Source of the DNA: an uncultured Gemmataceae bacterium
GTDB taxonomy: Bacteria > Planctomycetota > Planctomycetia > Gemmatales > Gemmataceae
Length of the DNA: 64,000 bases
NCBI GenBank assembly: GCA_963750165.1
Contig: CAVVPN010000003.1
Coordinates: forward strand, 3,232,001 to 3,296,000
Direction: 5' to 3'
This document shows positions 1 to 12,420 of the stretch, one piece after another (the first letter of the stretch is position 1; each line of letters starts with the position of its first letter). The position numbers were made by a program, and so were the translations under genes. Below the pieces are notes generated by a model. It saw nothing but the letters and a program-made list of their open reading frames with translations. It was not told where the DNA came from and made no database searches.

Positions 1-1
1 C

Positions 2-3000
2 AACACGGCCACGGGCTACACCGGCACCGTCCACTTCACCAGTAGCGACGTCCAGGCCGTGCTGCCCGCCAATAGCACCCTGACCAACGGCACCGGTACC
101 TTCAGCGTGACGCTCAAGACCGCTGGCAACCAGACCGTGACCGCCACCGACACGGTGACCAGCACGATCACCGGCACCAGCGCCGCCATCACCGTCAGCG
201 CCGCCGCCGCCACGCACTTCAGCGTCACTGCTCCGTCCACGGCCACGGCGGGCAGCGCCTTCAACTTTACAGTGACGGCCCTGGACGCCTTCAACAACAC
301 CGCCACGGGCTACAGCGGCACCGTCCACTTCATCAGTAGCGACGGCCAGGCCGTGCTGCCGGCTAATAGTACGCTCACCAGCGGTGTCGGCACCTTCAGC
401 GTCACGCTCAAGACCGCTGGCAACCAGACCCTGACGGCCACTGATACGGCGACCAGCACGATCACCGGCACCAGCGCCGCCATCGCCGTCAGCGCCGCCG
501 CCGCCACCCACTTCAGCGTCACCGCCCCGGCCACGGCCACGGCGGGCAGCGCTTTCAACTTCACCGTGACGGCGCAGGACCAGTTCAATAACACGGCGAC
601 GGGCTACAGCGGCACCGTCCACTTCACCAGCAGTGACGGTCAGGCCGTGCTGCCGGCGGACGCCACCCTGACCAGCGGCACCAGCACCTTCAGCGCCACG
701 CTCAAGACGGCCGGCAGCCAGACGCTCACGGCCACCGACACCACTACCAGCACGATCACCGGCACCAGCGCCGCCATCACGGTCAGCGCCGCCGCCGCCA
801 CGCACTTCAGCGTCACTGCTCCGGCCACGGCCACGGCGGGCAGCGCCTTCAACTTCACGGTGACGGCGCAGGACGCCTTCAACAACACCGCCACGGGCTA
901 CAGCGGCACCGTCCACTTCACCAGCAGTGACGGTCAGGCCGTGCTGCCGGCGGACGCCACCCTGACCAACGGCACCAGCACCTTCAGCGTCACGCTCAAG
1001 ACGGCCGGCAGCCAGACCCTCACGGCCACCGACACCACTACCAGCACGATCACCGGCACCAGCGCCGCCATCACGGTCAGCGCCGCCGCCGCCACGCACT
1101 TCAGCGTCACTGCTCCGGCCACGGCCACGGCGGGCAGCGCCTTCAACTTTACGGTGACGGCGCAGGACGCCTTCAACAACACCGCCAGTGGCTACAGCGG
1201 CACCGTCCACTTCACCAGCAGCGACGGCCAGGCCGTGCTGCCGGCGGACGCCACCCTGACCAACGGCACCGGCACCTTCAGCGTCACGCTCAAGACGGCC
1301 GGCAACCAGACGCTCACGGCCACCGACACGGTGACCAGCACGATCACCGGCACCAGCGCCGCCATCGCCGTCAGCGCCGCCGCCGCCACGCACTTCAGCG
1401 TCACGGCTCCGGCCACGGCCACGGCGGGCAGCGCCTTCAACTTCACGGTGACGGCGCAGGACGCCTTCAACAACACCGCCACGGGCTACAGCGGCACCGT
1501 CCACTTCACCAGCAGTGACGGTCAGGCCGTGCTGCCGGCGGACGCCACCCTGACCAACGGCACCAGCACCTTCAGCGTCACGCTCAAGACGGCCGGCAAC
1601 CAGACCCTCACGGCCACCGACACCACTACCAGCACGATCACCGGCACCAGCGCCGCCATCGCCGTCAGCGCCGCCGCCGCCACGCACTTCAGCGTCACCG
1701 CCCCGGCCCCGGCCACGGCGGGCAGCGCTTTCAACTTCACGGTGACGGCGCAGGACGCCTTCAACAACACGGCCACGGGCTACACCGGCACCGTCCACTT
1801 CACCAGCAGTGACGGTCAGGCGGTGCTGCCGGCGGACGCCACCCTGACCAACGGCACCGGCACCTTCAGCGTGACGCTCAAGACCGCTGGCAACCAGACC
1901 CTGACGGCCACCGATACGGTGACCAGCACGATCACCGGCACCAGCGCCGCCATCGCCGTCAGCGCCGCCGCCGCCACCCACTTCACCGTCACTGCTCCGT
2001 CCACGGCCACGGCGGGCAGCGCCTTCAACTTCACGGTGACGGCGCAGGACGCCTTCAACAACACCGCCACGGGCTACAGCGGCACCGTCCACTTCACCAG
2101 CAGTGACGGCCAGGCCGTGCTGCCGGCGAACAGCACGCTGACCAACGGCACCGGCACCTTCAGCGTGACGCTCAAGACCGCTGGCAACCAGACCCTCACG
2201 GCCACCGACACCACTACCAGCACGATCACCGGCACCAGCGCCGCCATCGCCGTCAGCGCCGCCGCCGCCACGCACTTCAGCGTCACGGCTCCGGCCACGG
2301 CCACGGCGGGCAGCGCTTTCAACTTCACCGTGACGGCGCAGGACCAGTTCAATAACACGGCGACGGGCTACGGCGGCACCGTCCACTTCACCAGCAGTGA
2401 CGGCCAGGCCGTGCTGCCGGCGGACGCCACCCTGACCAACGGCACCAGCACCTTCAGCGCCACGCTCAAGACGGCCGGCAACCAGACCCTGACGGCCACC
2501 GACACGGTCACCAGCACGATCACCGGCACCAGCGCCGCCATCGCCGTCAGCGCCGCCGCCGCCACGCACTTCAGCGTCACGGCTCCGGCCACGGCCACGG
2601 CGGGCAGCGCTTTCAACTTCACCGTGACGGCGCAGGACGCCTTCAACAACACCGCCAGTGGCTACAGCGGCACCGTCCACTTCACCAGCAGCGACGGCCA
2701 GGCCGTGCTGCCGGCGGACGCCACCCTGACCAGCGGCACTGGTACTTTCACCGTCACCCTCAGGACGGGCGGCAACCAGACGCTTACCGCCACCGACACG
2801 GTCACCAGCACGATCACCGGCACCAGCGCCGCCATCAGCGTCAGTGCCGCGGCGGCCACGCACTTCAGCGTCACCGCCCCGGCCCCGGCCACGGCGGGCA
2901 GCGCTTTCAACTTCACGGTGACGGCGCAGGACGCCTTCAACAACACGGCCACGGGCTACACCGGCACCGTCCACTTCACCAGCAGTGACGGTCAGGCCGT

Positions 3001-4905
3001 GCTGCCGGCGGACGCCACCCTGACCAACGGCACCGGCACCTTCAGCGTGACGCTCAAGACCGCTGGCAACCAGACGCTTACCGCCACCGACACGGTCACC
3101 AGCACGATCACCGGCACCAGCGCCGCCATCAGCGTCAGTGCCGCGGCGGCCACGCACTTCAGCGTCACTGCTCCGGCCACGGCCACGGCGGGCAGCGCCT
3201 TCAACTTCACGGTGACGGCGCTGGACCAGTTCAACAACACCGCCAGTGGCTACACTGGCACGGTGCATTTCACCAGCACCGACGGCCAGGCCGTGCTGCC
3301 CGCCGACAGCACCTTGACCAACGGCACTGGTACCTTCAGCGCCACGCTTGAGACCGCTGGCAGCCAGACGCTGACCGCCACCGATACGACCTCCAGCAGC
3401 ATCACCGGCACCAGCGCCGCCGTCACGGTCAGCGCCGCCGCCGCCACCCACTTCAGCGTCACCGCCCCGGCCACGACCACCGCCGGGACGGCGTTCACCT
3501 TCACCGTGACGGCGCAGGATGCCTTCAACAACACCGCCACGGGCTACAGCGGCACCGTCCACTTCACCAGCAGCGACGGCAGCGCCGTACTGCCGGCGGA
3601 CACCACTTTGACCAGCGGCACTGGTACTTTCACCGTCACCCTCAAGACTGCCGGCAATCAAACGATTACCGCCACCGACACCGTCACCAGCACGATCACC
3701 GGCACCAGCGCCGCCATCGCCGTCAGCGCCGCCGCCGCCACCCACTTCGCCGTCAGCGCTCCGAGCAACGCCACGGCGGGTGGCGCCTTCAACTTCACGG
3801 TCACGGCCCTGGATCCGTTCAACAACACGGACACGAGCTACACCGGCACGGTGCATTTCACCAGCAGCGACGGCCAGGCGGTATTGCCCGCCGACAGCAC
3901 CTTGACCAACGGCGCTGGCACCTTCAGCGCCACGCTCAAGACCGCTGGCAGCCAGACGCTGACCGCCACCGATACGACCTCCAGCAGCATCACCGGCACC
4001 AGCGCCGCCGTCACGGTCAGCGCCGCGGCGGCCACGCACTTTAGCGTCACCGCCCCGGCCACGGCCACGGCCGGGATCGCCGCCAGCTTCACGGTCACGG
4101 CCCTGGACCCGTTCAACAACACGGACACGGGCTACGGCGGCACCGTCCACTTCACCAGCAGCGACGGCCAGGCGGTGCTACCGGCCGACACGACGCTGAC
4201 CAACGGCACCGGCACGTTTAACGTCACGTTCCAGACGGCGGGCAGCCAGACGCTGACCGCCACTGACACGGTCACCAGCAGCATCACCGGCACCAGCGCC
4301 GCCGTCACGGTCAGCGCTGCGAAAGCCACGCACTTCAGCGTCAGTGCCCCGAGCAATGCCACCGCGGGCAGCGCCTTCAGCTTCACGGTCACGGCCCTGG
4401 ATCCGTTCAACAACACCGCCACCGGCTACACCGGCACGGTGCATTTCACCAGCAGCGACGGCCAGGCCGCCCTGCCCGCCGACAGCACCTTGACCAACGG
4501 CACCGGCACCTTCAGCGCCACCCTCAAGACCGCCGGCAGTCAGGCCCTCACCGCCACCGACACGGTGACCAGCAGCATCACCGGCAGCAGTGGCACCGTC
4601 AACGTGAGCCCCGCCGCCGCCAGCCACTTCAGCGTCAGCGCCCCGGCCGCGGCCACGGCGGGCAGCGCCTTCACCTTCACGGTCACGGCCCTGGACGCCT
4701 TCAACAACACCGCCACCGACTACACCGGCACCGTCCACTTCACCAGCTCCGACACCGCCGCCACCCTGCCGGCGGACGCCACCCTGACCAGCGGCACCGG
4801 CACCTTCAGCGCCACCCTGCAGACGGTCGGCGCCCAGACGCTGACCGCCACCGACACCGTGACCAGCAGCCTCACCGGCACCAGCGCCGCCGTCACGGTC
4901 AGCAG
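2..4905 (+). repeat. Intragenic tandem repeat, 294-bp unit, 16 full copies plus a partial copy
   Basis: CACTTCAGCGTC-type motif recurs every 294 bp. Confidence 0.95.
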
Positions 4906-6834
4906 CACCAACCCCAACACCACCTTCCTGGAAAACGCCTACCTGGACCTGCTCGGCCGGCCCATCGACCCGGTCGGCCTGTCGTACTGGTCGTCCGTCC
5001 TCGATCAGGGCTACTCCCGCACCTACGTCCTCGCGGGCATCCAGGCCAGCAACGAGTACAAGACGGATCTCGTCAATAAACTGTTCACGCAACTGCTCGG
5101 CCGCGCCGCCGACGCCACCGACGTGGCCAACTGGGTGTTGTTCCTCAACCAGGGCGGCACCGTGGAAGAACTCAAGGCGGGCATCATGGGCAGCGCCGAG
5201 TTCCTGGCCCACAACGGCGGCACCGACACCGGCTTCCTGCAGGGCGTCTACCAGGCCGCCCTCGGCCGCACTGGCTCCACGACCGAGCAGGCCGGCTGGC
5301 TAGCGGAACTGACGGCCGGGAACTCGCAGTACGACGTCGCGCTGCAAATCCTGACCACTCCCGAGGCCTACCAGTTCTACGTCAAGAGCGAGTTCGCCAG
5401 CCTGCCGCACGCCACCGCCCCCGCCAGCTCTGCCAGCCAGTACGTCACCCTGCTCCAGCAGGGGGTGCGCGACGAGTCCATCGTCGCTGGCATCTTCATC
5501 AACAACCTGGCCGGCTCGGCCAATTACGACGCGATCACCAAGACCGTGGCCTCCAGCAGCACGCCGCCGGACACGGGAAATGGCTTCCTGGCGCAGGTCT
5601 ACCAGGACGTGCTGGGCCGGGCCATCGACGCGACCGGTCTGGCGAGCTGGTCGCCGCTGCTCGACGAGGGCATCTCCCACCAGGACGTGGCGGCGGACAT
5701 CCTGGCCACACCGGAGGCGAACACGCACCTGGTGCAGGGGCTGTATACGCAGTTGCTGGGCCGGCCGGCGGACCCGACGGGCCTGGCGGGCTGGGTGGGG
5801 GTGCTGGCGCAGGGCGGGACCGTCGAACAGGTCAAGGCGGGCATCATGGGCACGGACGAGTTCCTGGCCCACAACGGCGGCACCGACACCGGCTTCCTGC
5901 AGGGCGTCTACCAGGCCGCCCTCGGCCGCTCCGCCTCCGCCAGCGAGTTGGCCAACTGGCAACAATTGCTGAACGCCGGCACGTCGCGTTCCAGCGTCGC
6001 GTTGTTTATCCTGACCTCCGACGAGGCCCACGGTTACCTGGTGCAGACCTACTACCAGGACCTGCTGTTCCGCGACGGCCAGAGCGCCGAGGTGATCGGC
6101 AACGCCCTGGCCCTGAAGGGAATCGGGACCGACCAGTCGGTCGAGGCCGCGGTGCTGGGCTCGGCGGAGTATCTCTCCTACACCGACAGCAGCACGCTGA
6201 ACAATCCGGTGCTGTCCACGGAGTCTGCCTTCCTGGGGCAGTTGTACCAGGACGAACTGGGGCGGGCGATCAATGCGTCGGAGGAGGCGGGCTGGTCGTC
6301 GTTCCTGGCCCAGGGCACCACGCGCGAGATGGTGGCCGAGTCGGTCGTGAACTCGACGGAGGCGCAGACATATCTGGTGCAGGGGCTGTACCAGCAGTTG
6401 CTGGGTCGGGCGGCGGACCCGACCGGGCTGGCCGGTTGGGTGAACGCGCTGGCCGCGGGGGCGACGGTCGAGCAGGTCAAGGCGGGGATCATGGGCAGCG
6501 ACGAGTTCCTGGCGCACAACGGCGGCACCGACACCGGTTTCCTGCAGGGCGTCTACCAGGCGGCCCTCGGCCGCTCCGCCTCCGCCGCCGAACTGGCCGG
6601 TTGGCAGCAACAGTTGGCGGCGGGTACGTCGCGGACGAGTGTCGCCCTGCAGATTCTGACCACCACGGAGGGCCGCGGCTACCTGGTGAGCAGCCTCTAC
6701 CAGTCCCTGCTGCACCGCACTCCCAACCCCACCGAGCAGCGCAGGGGGCCGCCGCCCTCCAGAGCGGCGCCACCGACCAGGTGCTGGAGACGGCCATCCT
6801 CTCGTCGCGGGAATTCGACGTGAACCTGCAATGA
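2..6834 (+). CDS. Giant repetitive surface protein/adhesin (5' partial): at least 16 Thr/Ala/Ser-rich 98-aa Ig-like repeats plus three DUF4214-type C-terminal modules; probable frameshift near 6740
   Basis: Frame is open from the window edge; 294-bp repeat unit (AAATHFSVTAP...DAFNNTATGYSGTVHFTSSD); LYxxLLGRxxDxxG motifs; protein-like sequence continues in another frame (ALQSGATDQVLETAILSSREF) to a stop at 6834. Confidence 0.9.
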
Positions 6835-6927
6835 CCCGGGCCGGTGTATCACATCCGGCAGACCCTGGAGTTGCGGATTTCCCCGCGAGCGCCTCCGAGC
6901 CGCGCACGGAGCGTGCTCGCGGAGTAA

Positions 6928-6998
6928 GTGACTATATTGGCGTCGAGGGCCTTGAATTCACCGTAAGTCCTGATGGCCCTTGACGCCAATATAGTCAC
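6928..6998. repeat. 24-bp inverted repeat with 23-bp spacer
   Basis: GTGACTATATTGGCGTCGAGGGCC ... GGCCCTTGACGCCAATATAGTCAC, 1 mismatch. Confidence 0.9.
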
Positions 6999-7203
6999 AA
7001 ACGTCTCCTACGGAGATACCAGGCGGGCTGGAACCCGGACGCCGTGATATGGATGCTCTGCGCCTTCGCCAACGACTTCGAGAACCTTTAGAATTGCCAG
7101 TACACCCACAGATGCCAGAAGTGCAGGCGCATGGTGGGGCGCGTCAGGAACTCACGGAAACCGCGGCCAGCATCAACCACCTAACGCGGGCGATTGCCCA
7201 AAT

Positions 7204-7425
7204 TCAATCCTCCAGGAGTCGCTTGAACTCTCGCCGCTGCGCCGGGGTCAACTTCTTCAACAATTGTTCCACCCCCACCTCGTCAACGACCCGCGGCAAC
7301 CCGAATTGCTCAACGACCCGCTTGAGGCCCAGTTGCTCGACGACCCAGGTCATGCCCATCAACTCGACGATCGGATTCAGGTCGATCGTTCGGTAGTGGC
7401 TCTCCACCGCTGGAGCGGTTCGCAC
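7204..7425 (-). pseudogene. Probable C-terminal remnant of a hypothetical protein with 9-aa repeats (VVEQLGLKR)
   Basis: Protein-like repeats VVEQLGLKR/VVEQFGLPR/VVDEVGVEQ, no convincing start; ends next to the 110-bp repeat. Confidence 0.45.
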
Positions 7426-7451
7426 GCGGATCGCGCACGCGGTGGGACGGC

Positions 7452-7660
7452 GGGCACAGCTTGACCAGCAGGGGCCTGCGCTGTCGCAGCAAGGGGGCCA
7501 AGGAGGCCAAGGGGGCCAACTTTTTCATACGTCGAGATGCGGCGCCCTGGCCCCGTTCGGCTGGCACGGCGCGACCACCACCGGCGGCGGTTGCCACAGC
7601 AAGGACGCCAAGAACGCCAAGAACGCCAACGTTTTCATACGTCGAGATGCGGCGCCTGGC
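7452..7660 (+). repeat. Two tandem copies of a ~110-bp dispersed element
   Basis: TTTTCATACGTCGAGATGCGGCGCC at 7522 and 7632, each preceded by three 9-mers AAGnnnGCC. Confidence 0.9.
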
Positions 7661-7833
7661 AGCGCCGGCCTGCCGTTTGTGGGCCACGCGACTGCGAACC
7701 GCGCTGGCCGCAGTAACTCAGCGAACACCGGGTGCCATTGCTTCTTCGCGGCCAACACCCACCTCCTTGCAGAACCGCCGTCAAAAATCGATATTACACC
7801 TGGGGCCGCCCCGATGCCACCCGAGTCCCCGCG

Positions 7834-9027
7834 ATGAGCATTTACGACGACCTCGGCCTGGAACCGATTATCAACGCCGCCGGCGCCGTGACCCGCCTGG
7901 GCGGCGCCCCGATGCCGGACGCGGTGCTGCAAGCGTTCTGCGCCGCGGCCCATGAATCGGTGCCGCTCGACGCGCTGCAGGGCGTCGCCGCGCGCGCCAT
8001 CGCCGCCGCTACCGGCGCCGAGGCCGGGCTGGTGACCGCCGGCGCCGCGGCCGCGCTGACGCTGGGCACCGCCGCCATCCTCACCGGCTACGACCTGGGA
8101 CGCATGGAACGGCTGCCGCACTGCGACGGCTTCGCGCACGAGTTCGTCGTCGCCCGGGAGCAGCGCAACGGCTACGACCATGCGGTGCGCGCCGCCGGGG
8201 CGCGGCTGGTCGAGATCGGCTTCAATGAAATCGCGGCCGGCGCCGGCGTTCGCCGCACGGAGGGCTGGGAGTACGCCGCTGCCTTCGGGCCGATGACCGC
8301 GGGCGTGCTGTACGTCCACGACCCCGAATCGCGGCCGCCGCTGGCCGAGGTGGTCGCCGTCGCCCACCGCCACCACCTGCCGGTGCTGGTGGACGCCGCC
8401 GGGGAACTGCCGCCGCGCGCGAATCTGCGCGACCTGCTGGCGAGCGGCGCCGACCTGGTATGCTTCAGCGGCGGCAAGGCGATCCGCGGGCCCCAGGCGA
8501 CCGGCATCCTGTGTGGCCGCCGTGATTTGATCGGGGCCGCGGCCGTGCAGATGCTCGACCTGGACGACCACTGGGAACTGTGGGAGCCGCCCGCGGACCT
8601 CATCGACAGGGGCCGGCTCCCAGGGCTGCCGCGCCACGGCATCGGCCGGGCCATGAAGGTGTCGAAGGAGCAAATCGTGGCGCTGCTGACGGCACTGCGG
8701 TTGTTCGCCGCCGGGGCGTACAGTGCGGAACTGCCGGCCCAGCGCCGCCGGCTCGAACAGCTGGCCGCCGACCTCGCCGGGCTGCCGGTGCAGTGCCGCG
8801 TCTGCGCTCCGGCGGACGGCGAGAGTCTGCCGCTTCTCCTCATCACCCTGGACCGGCCGGACGCGACGCTGGCGGTCTGCCGGCGACTGCGGCGCGGCCA
8901 ACCACCGGTCCACGTCGGTCACGGTCTGCTGCACCAGGGCAAATTGACGATCAACCCGCTGCACCTGAATGACGAGCGCACGGCCGCGTTGACCCTGCGC
9001 CTGCGGGAAGAGCTGGGAAGATTATGA
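7834..9027 (+). CDS. SelA-like PLP-dependent enzyme (DgaE/selenocysteine synthase-like family)
   Basis: IINAAGAVTRLGG, VLVDAA, DLVCFSGGKAIRGPQATG (PLP lysine), GIGRAMKVSKE. Confidence 0.85.
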   Translation: MSIYDDLGLEPIINAAGAVTRLGGAPMPDAVLQAFCAAAHESVPLDALQGVAARAIAAATGAEAGLVTAGAAAALTLGTAAILTGYDLGRMERLPHCDGFAHEFVVAREQRNGYDHAVRAAGARLVEIGFNEIAAGAGVRRTEGWEYAAAFGPMTAGVLYVHDPESRPPLAEVVAVAHRHHLPVLVDAAGELPPRANLRDLLASGADLVCFSGGKAIRGPQATGILCGRRDLIGAAAVQMLDLDDHWELWEPPADLIDRGRLPGLPRHGIGRAMKVSKEQIVALLTALRLFAAGAYSAELPAQRRRLEQLAADLAGLPVQCRVCAPADGESLPLLLITLDRPDATLAVCRRLRRGQPPVHVGHGLLHQGKLTINPLHLNDERTAALTLRLREELGRL

Positions 9028-9179
9028 GAAGCGGTGGCAAAGAAGCACCTGTCGCGGGGATTTTCTATGGCAGCCCGGCGGCCGACGGGTATACTAAATC
9101 ATCAGTCCCGCCCGGATTCCCGCAACCATTCCCGCCCGGACGACCTCTCACGTCTGCGCGGCCCCAACCTGGTGCGATC

Positions 9180-11428
9180 ATGCCAGCGCTGCCTGCACAC
9201 CCTCGGCCCTTGCTGCGTCTCACCCTGGTGACCCTGGCCGCCCTGGCGTGGTTCGCCCCGGCTGCGACCGTCCGCGCCGATGAGGTGAGCTTTCGCAACG
9301 AGGTCATGGCGGTGCTGTCGCGGGCCGGCTGCAATCAGGGAACCTGCCACGGCAACCTGAACGGCAAGAACGGCTTCAAACTGTCGCTGCGCGGCCAGGA
9401 TCCCGACTTCGACCTGGCCGTGCTGACGCGCCAATCGTTCGGCCGCCGCACCAACCCGCAGCGGCCCACCGAGAGTCTGCTGCTGCTCAAGGCCACCGCG
9501 ACCGTGCCGCATGAGGGCGGCAAACGCTTCGCCGTCGGCAGCCGTGAGTACAACCTCCTGCGCGCCTGGATCAGCGCCGGCCTGCATCCCGACGCGCCCG
9601 GCACGCCGACGCTGCAGCGGCTCGACGTGACGCCAACCGAGGCGGTGCTGGTGATGCCGGCGCGGCAGGTGGCCGTGCGGGCGAAAGCGCTGTTTTCCGA
9701 CGGCAGTCGTCGTGATGTGACCGGGCTGGCGGTGTTCGAGACCAGCAACCCGGACGTGGAGGTCGGCGGCGACGGCGTGGTGCGCGTCGAGAAGGCGGCG
9801 CAAACGACCGTGGTGGTGCGCTACCTTGACCAGCAGGTGAGCGTGCCACTGGCGTTCGTGCCGGCCCGGCCCGATTTCGTCTGGAGCAACCCACCCACGG
9901 TCAACTACATCGACCGGCACGTCTTCGCCCGCCTCAAGCAGCTGCGCATGAACCCGTCCGCGCTGGCGGCCGACGAGGTCTTCGTGCGCCGCGCCTACCT
10001 CGACGCCCTCGGCGTGCTGCCGACCGCCGCCGAGACGCGCGCCTTCCTCGCGGACAAACGGCCGGACAGGCGCGCCCGCCTCATCGACGCCCTGCTGGAG
10101 CGGCCGGAGTTCGCGGACCTGTGGGCGCTGCGCTGGTCGGACCTGCTGCGCAACGAGGAGAAACAGCTCGACCGCCGCGGCGTGAAACTGTTCCACCAGT
10201 GGATTCGCCAGAGCGTCGCCACCAACAAGCCGCTCAACGAGTTCGCCCGTGAGTTGATCGCCAGCCGCGGCAGCACCTACACGCGCCGGCCAGCAACTAC
10301 TACCGGGCCCTGCGCGACCCGCAGATTCGCGCCGAGGCGACGGCGCAGGTGTTCCTCGGCATCCGCATGCAGTGCGCCAAATGCCACAACCACCCGTTCA
10401 ACCAGTGGACGCAGACGGACTATCACCGGTTGGCGGCGTTCTTCCCGCGCGTGCAGTACAAGATTCTCGGCAACAACCGCCGGGACAAACTCGACAAGCA
10501 CGAGTTCGACGGCGAACAGGTCGTGTGGATGGACCGCGAGGGTGAGGTCAAGCACCCCGTCACCGGGGCGGTGCTGGCGCCGCGCTTCCTCGGCGCCGAC
10601 ACGCCGCCGTTGAAGGCTACGGACGACCGGCTATTGCTGCTGGCCGACTGGGTGGCGCGGCCGGACAACCCCTTCTTCGCCCGGACCCAGGCCAACCGTA
10701 TCTGGAGCTACCTGCTGGGCCGTGGCATTGTCGATCCGAACGACGACTTCCGCCTGTCGAACCCGCCCGTCAACGGCCCGCTGCTGGAGGCGCTGGCCCA
10801 GGACCTCGTCAAGCACAAGTTCGACCTGAAACATCTGGTGCGAACGATCATGAACTCGCGGACCTACCAGCTGTCGGCGGTGCCCAACGACACCAACCGC
10901 GACGATGAGGTGAATTTCAGCCGCGCTGCTGTGCGGTCGCTGCCTGCGGAGCAGCTGCTCGACGCGATCGCGCAGGTGACGGGCGTGCCGGCCCAGTTCG
11001 AGGGGTATCCGCCGGGCACGCGCGCCGGCCAACTGGCGGGGATGCGCATCGTGCGGCGCGGCGACGCCAGATCGACGGACGGCGAAAAATTCCTGAAACA
11101 GTTCGGCAAGCCCGAGCGTCTGCTAAACTGCGATTGCGAGCGCAACGACGACCCGACGCTGGGCCAGGCGCTGCAGATGATGACCGGGGCGCTGGTGAAC
11201 AAGGCGGTCAGTGCGAAGGACAACCGCGTCGGTAAGCTGCTGGCGGCGGGCAGGACGAACGCGGAGATTGTGGAGGAGTTGTACCTGGCGGCGTTCAGCC
11301 GGCGGCCGACGGCGGCGGAACGGGCGGGGTTGGTGGCGCGCGTGGAGCGGGCGGAGGATCGGCGGACGGCGCTGGAAGATTTGCTGTGGGCGCTGGTAAA
11401 CGCCAAGGAGTTTCAGGTGCGGCAGTGA
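9180..11428 (+). CDS. DUF1549/DUF1553 planctomycete protein with Ig-like domain; frameshift near 10283
   Basis: Signal peptide, SFRNEV..GCNQGTCHG..GFKLSL, FVRRAYLD..G..PT, FLGIRMQCAKCHNHPF, NPFFAR..ANRIW, LEDLLWALVNAKEF. Confidence 0.9.
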
Positions 11429-11478
11429 CCTGGCGGAATTGGCCCTGTTCGTTGACCGTGGCGGAGAAGGGACTCATC

Positions 11479-11775
11479 ATGTTACTCTTACTGGACATCT
11501 GGGGCATCCGTGGCCCGGCCTGCTTTGACCGCATCCGTAACCTCCTCCTGGCCACCCCCGGCGTGCTCGGTGCCCGCGTGTTCGCCGAGGCCAACCAGGC
11601 GGAAGTGCTCCTGGACGGCGGGCCGTCGGCGTCGCTGGAGTTGGTGGTAGAGCGATTGCGGGCCGCGGGGTATCCGGCGCAGGCCAGCCTGGTGCCCGAC
11701 CCGGACGAGAACCCGGTTTACGCCCGCTATTACCACGCGGCGTCCGACTCCTCGGACGCCCTCTGGGTGGACTGA
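11479..11775 (+). CDS. Small HMA (heavy-metal-associated)-like protein
   Basis: IxGIRGPAC..RI..L...PGV..A.V.....A.V....LRAAGY pattern; GGAGAAGG upstream. Confidence 0.6.
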   Translation: MLLLLDIWGIRGPACFDRIRNLLLATPGVLGARVFAEANQAEVLLDGGPSASLELVVERLRAAGYPAQASLVPDPDENPVYARYYHAASDSSDALWVD

Positions 11776-11805
11776 GTTTTGCGATACCGACGAACGGGAG
11801 TCACC

Positions 11806-12408
11806 ATGAAACGCAGCCTCCTGGCATTCGCTCTCGTCGCCCTGCTGCTGGCCATCGCCCCGGCCCCCGGCAGACCGTCCGGGGAGCAGAAGAAGGCCGC
11901 GACCGGGCCGCAGTACAACGACAAGGGCGAACTCCTGCGGCCCACGGGCTATCAGACCTGGGTGTTCGTCGGCTCCAACCTCGGCATCCAGTACGGCAAG
12001 GAAGTGATCGACAAGGAACGCGCCAACAGCAACCCCGGGACGTTTCACAACGTCTACATCAACCCGGAAGCGTATCAGACTTATGTGAAAACGGGCAAGT
12101 TCCCGGACAGGACGATCCTGGTGATGGAGGTCTACGAGGCGGTGGAACGCGGGCCGCAGAAGATCGTCTCCAAGGGGTTCTTCCCCGGCAAGCTCCTGAG
12201 TGTTGAGGCGGCGATCAAGAACAGCAAACGGCCGGACGGCGCGAACACCGACTGGGCCTATTACGACTTCGGCACCAAGCGCACGAGCGCGAAGGCGTTC
12301 GCGGACGGGGCCTGTTACCAATGCCACCGCAAGCACGCCAGCGACGATAACGTCTGGGTACAATTCTATCCCATCCTGGGCCAGCACAAGAAAACGCCCG
12401 CACCGTGA
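11806..12408 (+). CDS. Cytochrome P460/c'-beta family protein
   Basis: Signal peptide, G.L.RP.GY..WVFVG, FHNVYINPEAY..Y..TGKFPD.T.LV.E, C-terminal CYQCH, VWVQFYP. Confidence 0.9.
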   Translation: MKRSLLAFALVALLLAIAPAPGRPSGEQKKAATGPQYNDKGELLRPTGYQTWVFVGSNLGIQYGKEVIDKERANSNPGTFHNVYINPEAYQTYVKTGKFPDRTILVMEVYEAVERGPQKIVSKGFFPGKLLSVEAAIKNSKRPDGANTDWAYYDFGTKRTSAKAFADGACYQCHRKHASDDNVWVQFYPILGQHKKTPAP

Positions 12409-12420
12409 ACGGCGGCGTGA

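Noticed and set aside
16..4923. Series of ~95-aa minus-strand ORFs
   Set aside because: Antisense shadows of the 294-bp coding repeat
7452..7660. Possible CRISPR array
   Set aside because: Only two units, conserved part about 70 bp, linkers related to each other, no cas genes
7834..9027. True selenocysteine synthase selA
   Set aside because: Short SelA-like type; no selB/selC/selD nearby
10270..10300. Programmed frameshifting at split genes
   Set aside because: No slippery heptamers; too many unrelated genes affected
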